Positions 33,407 to 46,064 of a DNA stretch of 51,953 bases are shown here, piece by piece. Within the stretch, counting starts at the first letter, position 1, and each line of letters begins with the position of its first letter. The notes below the pieces were generated by a model. That model worked only from the letters and a program-made list of their open reading frames with translations. It was not told the DNA's origin and searched no databases. The stretch covers positions 1 to 51,953 of the IMG/VR virus record IMGVR_UViG_3300036670_000017. One strand, given 5' to 3'. The translations under genes and the position numbers were made by a program. Source of the DNA: a virus. Lineage: Duplodnaviria; Caudoviricetes.

Positions 33407-36403
33407 TTGGACACTAAAACATTTTTAACCCGCGTCACTGCTAGGCAGGACGAGTTGGTTATCTGCATACATAGACCTGACGCATCAGGCAAAAACCCCC
33501 GAGGCATCTTTTGGAATCGCGGCTCGTTCGCAGACATAGATGACGCTGTCGCAGCAGTACAGGCATGGGACGCAGAACCCAAATCCACGGTTTACTTCTC
33601 AGTTGGTACGTTCGCCAACCACCACGAAGTAGACGAGAGCGGCAAGACAAAGTACAAACGAACACAAGCAAACGCCACGCTCTTCAAAGCGTTGGCACTA
33701 GATTTAGATATTGGCGATGACAAGCCCTACGCCACGCAACGCGAAGGCTGGGGAGCGCTGCAGAGCGCGATTAAAGCGGTAGGCCTACCTGCCCCCATGG
33801 TCATATCGTCTGGCAAAGGCATACACTGCTATTGGCCACTCACAGAGGCTGTTAAGTCGGAGCACTGGGTCAAGGCATCTATTGCCCTGCGCTTGGCGCT
33901 AGAAGAGAAGGGCGTGGAGATCGATACCAGCAAGATTCATGACCCGTCCATGGTCCTGCGCCCAGTTGGCTCGCACCACAAGAAGCAGCAGCCATGGAAG
34001 CTGGTTGAGTGCAAGGCTGATTGTCCTGACTACGAGCCGATCTCGCTGTTTGGCATCCTGCGCCCATGGTTTCACAAGGCTGTGCAGGCCGCGCCGTCCA
34101 AACGCTTAGGCGCTCCGGTGCGCAAGTCGGCAGTCATGGACGCGCTGCTAGGTTCAGGCGATATAGTGCTGGAGAGCGTTATCGCAAAGTGCAACCAGCT
34201 TCACGCTATTGCGGAGAGCGGCGGCATGGAAGACGCCATGGGTAACCGCGTGGAAGAGCCAATGTGGCGCGCTACCATGGGCTTGGCGAAGTACTGCCAA
34301 GACGTGCCTGTCGCCATTGTGCGTTTAGCTGGCGCGCACCCAGACTTTGACCTAGACCACAGCATGGAAAAGATCAGCCGCTGGGGCGGCACTGGCCCAA
34401 CGACGTGCGCCAAGTTCGAGCAGTTCTGCGGCACTGGCTGTGATGGCTGCCCGTACCGTGGGAATATTCGTAGTCCGGCACAGTTGTCAGGCGAGGAAGT
34501 TGTGTCGGTGCCGGTACCGCCCGCAGCTGCACGGCTGTCGGACGAAGTTGCAGAGATGACATTCTCTGTGCCTAAGCCATACCTGATACGCGACCACAAA
34601 GTCGTCCAAGAGGTGACTACGGAAAGCACGGTGGTAGACGCCTCTGGTGCCGAGATTGCTGTAACAAGCACTGACCTGCAGGTTGTCTGCAACTACGAGG
34701 TTCATGTCACAGGCATCTACACAGATAGCAAGGCCACATCTGCGACAGCCACGCTGGCCGTGCGGTACGACCATGACGGGTGGAAGTTCTTTGACATGCC
34801 TATGACCACCATATCGCTGGCTGGGCGCGACTTCGCCGACTATTTAATGGGTAAGCTGATTCTGGTGGGTAGCCCCCAGCAGCAGGAGAAACTGAGGCAA
34901 TACATAATGAGATACCTAGAGCAAGTGCAGCGCGAGGCGCCAAGCGGTGCCGAGTTTGTGTCGTTTGGTTGGCAGGATGATGGCTCGTTCCTTTGTGGCT
35001 CGACGCTAATAAACTCACCAACTGGCAACAACAACCGCCGCCTGAAGGGCCCAGCCGAGCGGTACACCAACATCCTGTGCCCGCATGGTGAACGTGATAA
35101 GTGGGTAGAGGCCATGGCCATGCTAGACACCGAAGGGGCGGACAACATCCGCGCGGCAGTGCTCATCGCCACGACAGGTTTGCTCGGTCGTGTGTCGGGC
35201 AACTCGTCGCTAATCATGTCTATCTACTCGACCAAGACGACTACGGGCAAGTCATTGGCGCTGGCTGCGGCCAACAGCCTTATCGGTGTGCCCAAGCTGC
35301 TTATGATGGGCGACCGGGACACAGCCAACGCGATGTACAAGCTGCGCGGCACGCTGAACAATCTGCCTGCGACCATGGACGAGCTGACTATGCAGGACGG
35401 CGAAGCGGCGACCTCGCTCGCGTACAACCTGAGCATGGGCCGAGAGAAATTGGCCATGACACCCGGGCGTGAGATTCGTGACCCGGTTACTTGGGAGGGG
35501 CCGACACTAATTACAACCAACCAGTCTTTGCACGGCAAGTATGACGAGTTCATGTCACAGAACGAAGCGGTCAAGGCGCGGTGTTTAGAGGTTGAGCAGA
35601 GTGACCGCATCTTTATCGGTGGTGAGCGCAGCGAGCGTGGCACAGCGTTCTACAACCTGCTGGACGAGCACAACGGCTGGGCCATGCCCGAGTTAGCCGA
35701 AGCTATTGTGGCAATGGGCGGTGCCAAGGTTGTGTGGGAAAAAGGGCTTGCGTCGTTTGAGAAGAAGATCGGCTTTAGCTTCGCTCCACCTGAGCGCTTC
35801 TACAAAGCGGCGATCATTAGCGGCTGGATTCTGGGCAGCATCGGCAAACGTCTGGGCTTGTTCCCGTTCGACATAGAGGCAACCACCAACTACTTGTGTG
35901 CGTGCGTAACCAAGTACCGCAAGGCTGCAGAGGATAGCAAGCAAGACGCGTTCGACATTCTGGGCCAGTTCTTGCAGGAGCACAACGACCAGCTGATTGA
36001 GTGCAAAGAGGAGTACTGCGCCAGCCCTACCAAGAACCCGGAGACTGTAGTGTTCCCCGTACCAGACCGCGCAGTCGCGCGGATAAAGGTGGTTTACGAC
36101 GCTAGCAACGCGGTGCTTCCGGGCAGCGCGCTCTCGATCAACCACTCGGCCCTGAAGCGATGGTTGGCGAAGACTAAGGACAGTATTGGGCGCGTGCTTG
36201 ACGAGTTAGAAGATGCAGGTGCGCTCATCCACGCCAGAGAGCGCGTAACGTTGTTCAAGGGCTGCCAGAAAGGCAATCCGGGTCAGGCGTTCTGTACGGT
36301 CGTGAACCTGAACCACCCACGCTTTATCGAGGCGATTACATCCCCTCGTGCACGAACACAGAGCCAAGTGACTCTGGCCGTGCTACACAACACTGGTTCT
36401 TAG
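33407..36403 (+). CDS. AEP primase fused to DUF927/P-loop helicase (TTG start)
   Basis: LDLD, SSGKGIHCYW, D..VLR; Cys cluster; FGWQ (DUF927); TTTGKS and MDE. Confidence 0.88.
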   Translation: MDTKTFLTRVTARQDELVICIHRPDASGKNPRGIFWNRGSFADIDDAVAAVQAWDAEPKSTVYFSVGTFANHHEVDESGKTKYKRTQANATLFKALALDLDIGDDKPYATQREGWGALQSAIKAVGLPAPMVISSGKGIHCYWPLTEAVKSEHWVKASIALRLALEEKGVEIDTSKIHDPSMVLRPVGSHHKKQQPWKLVECKADCPDYEPISLFGILRPWFHKAVQAAPSKRLGAPVRKSAVMDALLGSGDIVLESVIAKCNQLHAIAESGGMEDAMGNRVEEPMWRATMGLAKYCQDVPVAIVRLAGAHPDFDLDHSMEKISRWGGTGPTTCAKFEQFCGTGCDGCPYRGNIRSPAQLSGEEVVSVPVPPAAARLSDEVAEMTFSVPKPYLIRDHKVVQEVTTESTVVDASGAEIAVTSTDLQVVCNYEVHVTGIYTDSKATSATATLAVRYDHDGWKFFDMPMTTISLAGRDFADYLMGKLILVGSPQQQEKLRQYIMRYLEQVQREAPSGAEFVSFGWQDDGSFLCGSTLINSPTGNNNRRLKGPAERYTNILCPHGERDKWVEAMAMLDTEGADNIRAAVLIATTGLLGRVSGNSSLIMSIYSTKTTTGKSLALAAANSLIGVPKLLMMGDRDTANAMYKLRGTLNNLPATMDELTMQDGEAATSLAYNLSMGREKLAMTPGREIRDPVTWEGPTLITTNQSLHGKYDEFMSQNEAVKARCLEVEQSDRIFIGGERSERGTAFYNLLDEHNGWAMPELAEAIVAMGGAKVVWEKGLASFEKKIGFSFAPPERFYKAAIISGWILGSIGKRLGLFPFDIEATTNYLCACVTKYRKAAEDSKQDAFDILGQFLQEHNDQLIECKEEYCASPTKNPETVVFPVPDRAVARIKVVYDASNAVLPGSALSINHSALKRWLAKTKDSIGRVLDELEDAGALIHARERVTLFKGCQKGNPGQAFCTVVNLNHPRFIEAITSPRARTQSQVTLAVLHNTGS

Positions 36404-36654
36404 CGCATACCAGCGGTCTTCGTCCTAGCGAACGACCGATTTTTTGAGGCGGGAACTACGCGCAGGTTCCCGCTAGAGTTAGTGCCCCCCTTGGCTAGTG
36501 GCTTTTTATGGTCGACATCTTTTCCGTCGCCCTTGGTCACTAGCCCTTTTTTCGTGGCCTCGGCTCTTGCAGCGTTACGCATCGCACGCTTCTTCTTCTG
36601 CTCTTCCGAGCCTTGGTAGTTCGCGTACTCGCTTTTGTAGTTTCGGGTAGCCAT
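36400..36654 (-). CDS. Small HNH endonuclease
   Basis: GDGKDVDHKKPLAKGGTN...NLRV.....NRS. Confidence 0.85.
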   Translation of the reverse strand: MATRNYKSEYANYQGSEEQKKKRAMRNAARAEATKKGLVTKGDGKDVDHKKPLAKGGTNSSGNLRVVPASKNRSFARTKTAGMR

Positions 36655-39600
36655 CACTCTTCTCCTTTAAGTTTTTTTAGTTCCTCGCGCATGCGCACCA
36701 ACAGTTCATCTTGCTTCGTGCGGAACGCTTCCCAGTCTGGGTTCTCAAACCTTGCCTCAGCGCGGCGCAGAGTTCCGATCTCGCGCTGGTACTCGCCCAT
36801 GATTGCTTTGTACGCGCGCCCCTGCGCGACGACTGCCTGATCGACATTGTAGTCATACATCTTGAGGCCTGCGTAGCGCGCCATCTGCAACGCACCGTAG
36901 TTTTCACTGCGGTCACTTCGCCCCTTGACGATCTCGTCTACCTTGGACCATGTGGTCGGGTTAACCAGCGGGATGTTGGGCGTGAACTGCCCGCCCATAT
37001 ACTTGGCGCGGTCTACGAACTTCTCCCATGCCGTGTCGGTCGGCGGACTCAGCGGCTTACCCATGAACGGGTCGACGCCACCAACCAGCGCTAGGATGGT
37101 AGACACGAACGGGCCAGTAGGTGATGCAAACGACGGCCACCAGTCGATACCCATAAAGGCGTTTGGCCCCTGCCCACGAGCCAGTGAGGCCATTGGAATG
37201 TAGTCACCCAAGCGGTAGTAGACAGGGTTCTTGTCGTCACCCAAGAAAGGTAGCCGCACGTGCATGAAAGGACCAAAGCCACCAAACATGCGCTCTCGGA
37301 TGTACTCTGGCGCAACACTGCGCAAGCGCTCGTCTTCGTCGTCTCCGCCGCCTATCTCTTGGAGGATGTGCTCCATGACAGTATATGCAAGCAAGACATT
37401 GGCGATCTTCCAAGGCTGGTGCACAGCCATGCGGCCAATCAGGGGGGTGACCGCGTACGCCCAAGACACAAACGGCAGTACCGTTTGGCGTGCAATTCGC
37501 ACGGCCTTGGCGTCGATGTCGTAGTCGAGGAACGCCGCACGGGCGATGTTACCTGCCTGCTCCAAGTCCGCCTGAGTTGGTGCCTTGCCAGTCTGCGCAG
37601 AGATATCCGCCGCCGTCTTCAAGAACATAGCTAGACGGAAGATGTTGTCTTCTGCGGAGTATATTTCTGTGACGATGTTGTCAGCGTGCCCGGCAAACTT
37701 CTTGGTTTTCGAGAGCGCGCTTATGGCCTGCGCCTTGTTTTTCTCCATCTGCATGAACGCGGACACACGGCCCATGGTGCTGTTGGGGTCTACAGCTTTG
37801 CCGTCCTTGTCGTTAAGCGACAGCAGCATCGCGTTAGAGATGGCTTCTTTGACCTCCGTGCTCGAGAAGTCACCCAGCATCGCGTTAGAGTTCATGAACG
37901 CACGAACAAGCGCCCGGTCCTGCGCAGACATCGCGTTGGGGGAGGTTTCGTACCGCACAAACATCTTGCCCGCAGCCAGCACGGTTCCGAACGGTATGTC
38001 GTGCATCATGGCCAGCGTCACGTTAGTCGCGACGTTGGTCAGGTGGGTGCCGGGGTTGTAGATAGTCTTAGACTTCTTAAACCAGCGCATTGCAGTGTTG
38101 GCAGGGAGCAGCTCGATAACTGGCTTGCGGTCACTCATGTCCGTCATGGCCGACCACACAGACGCCTTTACAATCTTGCCTGCCATGGCGCCGTACGTGC
38201 CGCCCTTAGGCACCCGAATCCACTGCCTAGCATTGCGGTACGCGTGGCCGATGGCCTTGGAGCGAGCGTCGTCGGAGTCGCCGGTTATGACGGTGTCCGA
38301 GTTGATCTTGATGCCCAACACCTTGTTTGCCTGCTCAATGCTGTCAAACACCACTGAGGTAGCGTCCCGCACGCCGTCTTCCCCAGCACCATAGTTGGCG
38401 ATGCTGTCCGAGAAGTGTTTCGCCGCATATGTGCTGGAAAGCGCTGACATGGTGTTGCGTAGCGCGTTGGCCAAGTCCTCCGCTTTGTTTTCGGCGAGTG
38501 CCTGCTTCGCTGTCATGTTGGCGACAAAGCGGTGTCCACCCTTACCCTTGCTGGTGTGGTACCAGAGGTACGTCGGGTCAACTGTAAACCCTGCGGGGTC
38601 GCCGTCAGCGGCAAACTTGGACTCCGCAATAAAACCAGCGGGGACTTGCACGCCGTTAACGAGCTGCAGGACTTGCAGGAAGCGCTGGTCGTCTAGAACC
38701 GGGTCGCCGTTGTTATCTAGGTTTAGCCAGCCCTCTTCAAGTGTCTCCTCTGTGCGGCTCTTCTGCCCTAGCAGCGTGCTTAGCTTGCGCACGCCGAAGC
38801 CAGAGCCAGCTACTTGGCTGCGTTTCGTGACAAACAGCATCGTCTCAGAAAACTTGCCGCGTGAAAAGAACTCTTTGGCTTTGGTGTCGCCCAACTCTTG
38901 CACGTAGAAGTCGCGCCACGCCTTAACGTCGTCGGCCAGCTCACGCATAGCTACGTCGTCTTTTAGGGCACTCTTGTTGCCGTCTAGGTAGGCAAACAGA
39001 CCTGTAACTTTGTCAGCTGGCTGGTACTGGATAAAGTTTGCCAGACGCTCAGCCACTTTATAGCCAGCTTGCTTGTCGTTCTTAAACCGCTGGAACGTGT
39101 TGCGTAGTTCGTGTGGGACGTTGAACTGCGCGTGCAGGTATGTGACCCACTTGGCCACGCCGGGGAAGTCCTCACGCACGAAGTTGGCCAGCTTCTCCGT
39201 CTGCTTTGTGAGAGCACCCGATAAACGACCCCAGCCTAGCAAGTCGAACAGAACTTTGCTGCTGACCATGGTGGGCAGGACACGCTTGTTAAAGCGAGCA
39301 ACATCCGCACCGCTAGGCAAAGAAGCACCGGGGCGCTGCAGTAGGTCAGCCTGCGGAGCGGTTACGGGGTTCATGCCGCCCATAACTTCGACGTTCAAGA
39401 CGTTGCCTACGCGGGCACGCTTGCCGCCTACAGGGGCTTCGCCAGACTTGGCGAGCAACTCCCACGTGCGGTTAATGACGTTCGCCGCCTCGGTGTTGTT
39501 CTTGGCGCCGGTCAGTCGGCGGATAAGCGCCATGGTGTAGGTCCACACGTCTTTGACGGCAGTGTAGAACGTCTTGGGTGTGCCCTTGGTCGGGATGCCG

Positions 39601-42600
39601 TCCAATGCTTTGCGGAACTCGTTTAGCGTGTTGCCGTAAGACATCAGCTCTAGCACTGCGTCTAGCTCGTTGCCCTCTTGCACAAGGTTCTTGAGTAGCT
39701 GCTGCACTTGGTTGGCTTTGTCGCCCAAGCCGCCCTTGTACCCAATGATTGCTTTTACAGACTTCTTTAGCTCGACGACGATAGGGTCGTTAGGGTTGGC
39801 GTACACGAAGTGCTGAAGCGCCGCGTGCAGTGCCTCGTGCAGCACAACGGATGGGCTATCCGTCTCGCGGATGTACACGGTGTTTGTCTTGGGGTCAAAG
39901 CGCGATTTGCCGCCCTGAGAGAACTTGACCTTGGGTAAGTTTACGTTCTTCTTAGCTTCGACGCGCGCTTCTTTGCTCTCTGGACTGCCCAGCATAGACT
40001 CGCGAATGGCGCGGGCCAAGGCTTTGTCGTAGCCAGTGCCGTGGTGGCGGATGTACTGCAATACACCCAAGAAGCCCTTGTAGATATCCGCAGGGCCCGC
40101 CGTCTCGTTTGGGTTGCCGTAGCCGTCGGTAGCAGCGCGGACAAGCTGAGGGGCCAGACCTTGCTCAGCGGCCTCTCTTGATGGGCGTGTATCAGTCGCG
40201 CGGGACACGAACAAGTCTGTGGCCCCCAAAAACTGGTCCTGCTTGGCAGCAGTCCAGCCACGGCCAAACGCTGTGTCGAGGCGCTTGTACGCGTCGTACA
40301 TCTGCTTGTCGGCAGGGGAAAGCGCGGACACATTGACACCCGCAACCATTGGCTGCACAGCGTCTTTAATTAGTTTTACCAGTGCCTGCACGTCCTGCGG
40401 GCTGTTGCCAGCGGCAGCACCCAAATCCGCTAGCGCTTGACGCGTTGTTGCGGCAGCGGTCTCGGCACGGGTCACCGTGCGGTTCGCGCGCTCGGCGGCG
40501 GCGCTGGTAGCCTCACCCTTTAGGGGGTCTGCGAATCGCTGGATGTTGCTGAACGCGTTCTCGAACTCGCTATATGCTTTGGCGTAAGCACGGGCGGCAC
40601 GGGCAATGTTTGTAGCCACGGCATCGCCCTCGACCTGTGCGTTTGCATCAGGGTTCAGGAGCAGGTCGCGAGCGCCCTTTAGCGTTCTCTGGGTCGCTGC
40701 AATTTTGCCGGTTACTGCGCCGGGCTGCGACGCAACGCGCGACTCTAGCTCGTTCAGGCCAAGGTCGTCAGCTACTTGTTGGGCAGAAAAAACACCCCCA
40801 GCAGCCTGAGCTGCGGGGGATGAAAGGGTGGCAGGAGAGGGACCACCCGAGGAGAGCTGTCGACCAAACGCTGCCTGCTCAACGGCTGCGCTGGGTGTAG
40901 GAAGAACTAGGGCTGGCGGCACGATGGCGTCCATCTCAGCAGCTAGCGCGCCGAAATCCAGCCCGCCAATAGCGGGGGAAGCGGCTGGCGCAGGACGTGC
41001 AGGGGGCTGCAGCGCGCCGCGCTGTAAGGGGGTTAGCGCTCCTGTAACACCGCCCACCTGAACAGGGTTTGTTGGTAAAGCACCCAGACCAGACAGCTGG
41101 TCGTTTAGGTTTGCGGCCTGTACTGCAAAACGTGCCTGCGGCGTATCCAGCGTAGGGCCTTGGAACGACGCATCGGCTTCGCCCTGCGTCATTGTGAAGC
41201 TGGGGTCAGCGGAGTATGTTGGTGTACCGGTCTCGTCGAACAAACTGCCTTGGTTGGGGTCTGTCTGCTGTATTGGCACGCCAGTTTCTTCAGGGGCTGC
41301 CTCCGGCACAGATTCTGTGACACGGTTGAACATATCTCCTTGCGGGGCGGTGTCCATCAGGTTGACAGGCGTGCCGTCGGCAAGTGCTTGCTGTGTTGCG
41401 AGACGCGTTATCTCTGTGTCGATGAACCCCAGCTTTTGGCGGAACTCGCCAAGCTGCTGGTTAAACTGCGGGTCTTCAGAAGAGCCACGCAGCACATCTT
41501 GCACGCGTCTGGCCGACTGCAGGCGGACTGCACTGGGCACTGTAGTGTCAGCGGCCAAAGCCATGTCGGCTTGCAGGCTCTCTACGAAGTTCTTTGCGTC
41601 GCGGAACTCGGCGTACGATGCAAGCGGGCTAGCGGCTGCGCCACCGATGCCGCCTTTTACGCCAGCAATCGCAAACTCGTCTAGTGCATCAGCAGATGTC
41701 AGGTCGTCGAACGCGCCAAGACGCTCCATGCCGGTTTGCACGACCTCTGTACCACCTTCGATGCCGAAGTCGCGGGCTGCCCTTGTAGCTCCGCGCTTAA
41801 ACTGCCCTTGGGTCAGCAAGTCGCGAGCGCTTTTGGCGGCACCTTTTTCTAAAAACTCTTTGCCAGCTAGCTGGGCAGTTTTCTTTGCGACAGCCGTGCC
41901 TAGGCGGGCCTCTGGACCAAACAGCGCCTCAAGAGCGGCGGAACCAGTACCTGCTGCGAGCGCTGCGCCTTTGGCGTCGATGCCCTTGGCACGCTGCTCG
42001 GTTCGCACACTACCATAGGTCTCGAACAACGTAGGCAGAAAACGAGCGGTAAGGCCGCCCAACACGGCGCCAAGTGGAATACTCAGGCCGCCCGTGACTG
42101 GGGCAAACGCGGCGCCTACCTTAGCGCCTGCTGCTGCGCCGAGGGCCGTGGTGCCGATTGCGACCGGGATGTCATACCCCAGCTCACCAACGGCTTCGGA
42201 TATCGTAGTACCGGGCTTGTCGATAATGTCTGCAGCAGTGTTAATCTTGCTTGGATTGCGCGCCGCTTGCGCGTTACCAGCGCTCTGTAAAAAAGCACCG
42301 GCAGATTCCGCACCTATGTCTTGTAGTGTGCTTCCGTAGTTGGCGGCTGCTTGCCCCACACGACGCTGCATCGAGTCGACCATGCCGAGGTTGTCATACT
42401 CCCGCTGCAGGTAGCCCTTTATGTCAGAGCTAGCAACACGGCGAAATCCTGCGGGCAGCTCGTCGTTGTTCTGGTCAAGCAACGAGGCGTTCTTGACGCC
42501 TTCGTTCAGGTCGAGCGCAAAGACTTTGCCTGCGCTAAATACCTGTTTTGTGTCGGGGTTAAAGCCGACATACGAGCCCGCTGATTCGGCAGGGGCTGTG

Positions 42601-42791
42601 CGCTGCTGCGCCATAGCGTCGGTCTGCGCTTGGTACTGCTCGAGTAGGGCGCGTCCGGTATCATTGGAGCCACCCGGCGCGAGCGTGCCCGGCAAAGGTT
42701 GCGCAGTAGGCAGGCCCACAGCGCGTGCCGCAGGCTCACCACCAAACACAGCCTCGTCCGCAGTCGAGTTCGTGTCGAATATGTTCTTCAT
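36654..42791 (-). CDS. Large (2045 aa) internal virion/ejection protein with HExxH motif (polyvalent-protein-like)
   Basis: Last large gene of the ejection cluster; FDPKTNTVYI....VVLHEALH; C-terminal region NPGTH..N...ED..FRLA...FLDY...PFVSW typical of such proteins. Confidence 0.75.
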   Translation of the reverse strand: MKNIFDTNSTADEAVFGGEPAARAVGLPTAQPLPGTLAPGGSNDTGRALLEQYQAQTDAMAQQRTAPAESAGSYVGFNPDTKQVFSAGKVFALDLNEGVKNASLLDQNNDELPAGFRRVASSDIKGYLQREYDNLGMVDSMQRRVGQAAANYGSTLQDIGAESAGAFLQSAGNAQAARNPSKINTAADIIDKPGTTISEAVGELGYDIPVAIGTTALGAAAGAKVGAAFAPVTGGLSIPLGAVLGGLTARFLPTLFETYGSVRTEQRAKGIDAKGAALAAGTGSAALEALFGPEARLGTAVAKKTAQLAGKEFLEKGAAKSARDLLTQGQFKRGATRAARDFGIEGGTEVVQTGMERLGAFDDLTSADALDEFAIAGVKGGIGGAAASPLASYAEFRDAKNFVESLQADMALAADTTVPSAVRLQSARRVQDVLRGSSEDPQFNQQLGEFRQKLGFIDTEITRLATQQALADGTPVNLMDTAPQGDMFNRVTESVPEAAPEETGVPIQQTDPNQGSLFDETGTPTYSADPSFTMTQGEADASFQGPTLDTPQARFAVQAANLNDQLSGLGALPTNPVQVGGVTGALTPLQRGALQPPARPAPAASPAIGGLDFGALAAEMDAIVPPALVLPTPSAAVEQAAFGRQLSSGGPSPATLSSPAAQAAGGVFSAQQVADDLGLNELESRVASQPGAVTGKIAATQRTLKGARDLLLNPDANAQVEGDAVATNIARAARAYAKAYSEFENAFSNIQRFADPLKGEATSAAAERANRTVTRAETAAATTRQALADLGAAAGNSPQDVQALVKLIKDAVQPMVAGVNVSALSPADKQMYDAYKRLDTAFGRGWTAAKQDQFLGATDLFVSRATDTRPSREAAEQGLAPQLVRAATDGYGNPNETAGPADIYKGFLGVLQYIRHHGTGYDKALARAIRESMLGSPESKEARVEAKKNVNLPKVKFSQGGKSRFDPKTNTVYIRETDSPSVVLHEALHAALQHFVYANPNDPIVVELKKSVKAIIGYKGGLGDKANQVQQLLKNLVQEGNELDAVLELMSYGNTLNEFRKALDGIPTKGTPKTFYTAVKDVWTYTMALIRRLTGAKNNTEAANVINRTWELLAKSGEAPVGGKRARVGNVLNVEVMGGMNPVTAPQADLLQRPGASLPSGADVARFNKRVLPTMVSSKVLFDLLGWGRLSGALTKQTEKLANFVREDFPGVAKWVTYLHAQFNVPHELRNTFQRFKNDKQAGYKVAERLANFIQYQPADKVTGLFAYLDGNKSALKDDVAMRELADDVKAWRDFYVQELGDTKAKEFFSRGKFSETMLFVTKRSQVAGSGFGVRKLSTLLGQKSRTEETLEEGWLNLDNNGDPVLDDQRFLQVLQLVNGVQVPAGFIAESKFAADGDPAGFTVDPTYLWYHTSKGKGGHRFVANMTAKQALAENKAEDLANALRNTMSALSSTYAAKHFSDSIANYGAGEDGVRDATSVVFDSIEQANKVLGIKINSDTVITGDSDDARSKAIGHAYRNARQWIRVPKGGTYGAMAGKIVKASVWSAMTDMSDRKPVIELLPANTAMRWFKKSKTIYNPGTHLTNVATNVTLAMMHDIPFGTVLAAGKMFVRYETSPNAMSAQDRALVRAFMNSNAMLGDFSSTEVKEAISNAMLLSLNDKDGKAVDPNSTMGRVSAFMQMEKNKAQAISALSKTKKFAGHADNIVTEIYSAEDNIFRLAMFLKTAADISAQTGKAPTQADLEQAGNIARAAFLDYDIDAKAVRIARQTVLPFVSWAYAVTPLIGRMAVHQPWKIANVLLAYTVMEHILQEIGGGDDEDERLRSVAPEYIRERMFGGFGPFMHVRLPFLGDDKNPVYYRLGDYIPMASLARGQGPNAFMGIDWWPSFASPTGPFVSTILALVGGVDPFMGKPLSPPTDTAWEKFVDRAKYMGGQFTPNIPLVNPTTWSKVDEIVKGRSDRSENYGALQMARYAGLKMYDYNVDQAVVAQGRAYKAIMGEYQREIGTLRRAEARFENPDWEAFRTKQDELLVRMREELKKLKGEE

Positions 42792-42850
42792 AGAATAGCC
42801 CCAATTTAATCTAAGACTATTCTACCTCGCAGACCCGTTGTTTACTAGAC

Positions 42851-44725
<1,875 letters not shown>

Positions 44726-44738
44726 CGCTTAGTCCTTG

Positions 44739-46064
44739 TTAGGGGTAGTAGTACGCTGCCTGCTGCGCTCGGCGGTACGCATCGGCGCTGGTCTGGTACA
44801 CCGGGTTGCCTAAGTAGCTGTTAAGCATACCTGTCAGTTGCTGCGCAGTTTGCTGCCCGGCTTGCGCCACCCGATCTGCGCCAGAGTAGTCGGCGTTTGC
44901 ATTGTAGCTGGATGTTAGGTTTTTGGCGCTGGTAAGAGCGCTTTGTTGCGCTGCGCGCCCCCTGTCCAGACCAGTCATGTAGGCGGTAGTTGCGCCAGTA
45001 GTGCCGCCCAGCTTGGCGCGGCGCATCTCAGCGTCGATAGTCCCCACGCTCTTGCCAGCCCTCTGCATCTGGGTCCGCGCGTCGACCATGTTGCGCTGCT
45101 GCGCCATTTGCTGCTGCGCCATGCTGCGTATAGCCATCTCTTGGGGGTTATACAGGCTACGAGCTTCGTTAAACGACTGGTCTGCAATAGCGTTCATCTT
45201 GTCCGCTTGGGCAAAGTTGCGCTGCTGCGCCTGTTGCTGCATCGCCATCTGTCGGCTAGCCATAGCGCCAGCTTCTTTCTGGCTCTGACGCGCAAGTAAA
45301 AGTCCGCCAAGGTCTAGACCCAAGCGAGCTGTCTGCGCGTTCCTGCCCACCCAGTCTTGCACGCCGCCTATTTTTTGCTCTATCGGGCCCGACGGAGGGC
45401 GTGCAGGAGGTGTACCTGCTGAGCCCTGTCCGCCCAACAGGCTGTACTGGGATTGGCCGCCCTGTCGGTCTGGCGTAACGCCGAGGCCGCCGGTTGTGCC
45501 AACGCCCCCGCCTGTGGAGGTGTTAGCGTTCACCTGCGTGGTAAACGAGCCAGAGCCAAACGCGCCGTCAGGGATTGAGACGCCCTGCCCAGCTTGGAAC
45601 GCTGGGCTGCTTTGCCCCGCACCCAGTGGAGTGTTTAGGCCGCCGCTGCCTTGGCTGTTAAACGAGAGGTTGAGGCCACCACCGAACGGCGCCGAGCCAC
45701 CGCCACCGCCACCGCCACCGCCACCGCCACCAAAGTCCATGGTGCTATAGGGGGACTGATACGCGCCGTTGTCGTAAGAGGAGCCGGTGAGCGCGGAGCC
45801 AGAGCCAAACGCGCTAGTGTAGTCGTTCGTCGGCGCCGAGTACTCGTAAGAGTTTGGGGCTTGAAGCCCGTCACCAGCGCTGCCAGAGCCAAAGCCGTAG
45901 CTCGAGCCACTTTGCGTAGGCGCACTCAGGCTGGGGCCCGAGCTAGCCGGAGCGGCATAGAGGGCAGGGCTCGACAAGCCATAGTCAGCCCCAGCGCTGT
46001 AGCTGGCTGACGGCGTGTATGACGGCGTGTAGTTGCTCGTTGGTAACCACCAATCCATAATCAT
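44739..46064 (-). CDS. Gly/Ser-rich internal virion (DNA ejection) protein
   Basis: Low-complexity N-half, hydrophobic segment, Gln/Ala helical C-half; position in the ejection cluster. Confidence 0.65.
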   Translation of the reverse strand: MIMDWWLPTSNYTPSYTPSASYSAGADYGLSSPALYAAPASSGPSLSAPTQSGSSYGFGSGSAGDGLQAPNSYEYSAPTNDYTSAFGSGSALTGSSYDNGAYQSPYSTMDFGGGGGGGGGGGGSAPFGGGLNLSFNSQGSGGLNTPLGAGQSSPAFQAGQGVSIPDGAFGSGSFTTQVNANTSTGGGVGTTGGLGVTPDRQGGQSQYSLLGGQGSAGTPPARPPSGPIEQKIGGVQDWVGRNAQTARLGLDLGGLLLARQSQKEAGAMASRQMAMQQQAQQRNFAQADKMNAIADQSFNEARSLYNPQEMAIRSMAQQQMAQQRNMVDARTQMQRAGKSVGTIDAEMRRAKLGGTTGATTAYMTGLDRGRAAQQSALTSAKNLTSSYNANADYSGADRVAQAGQQTAQQLTGMLNSYLGNPVYQTSADAYRRAQQAAYYYP

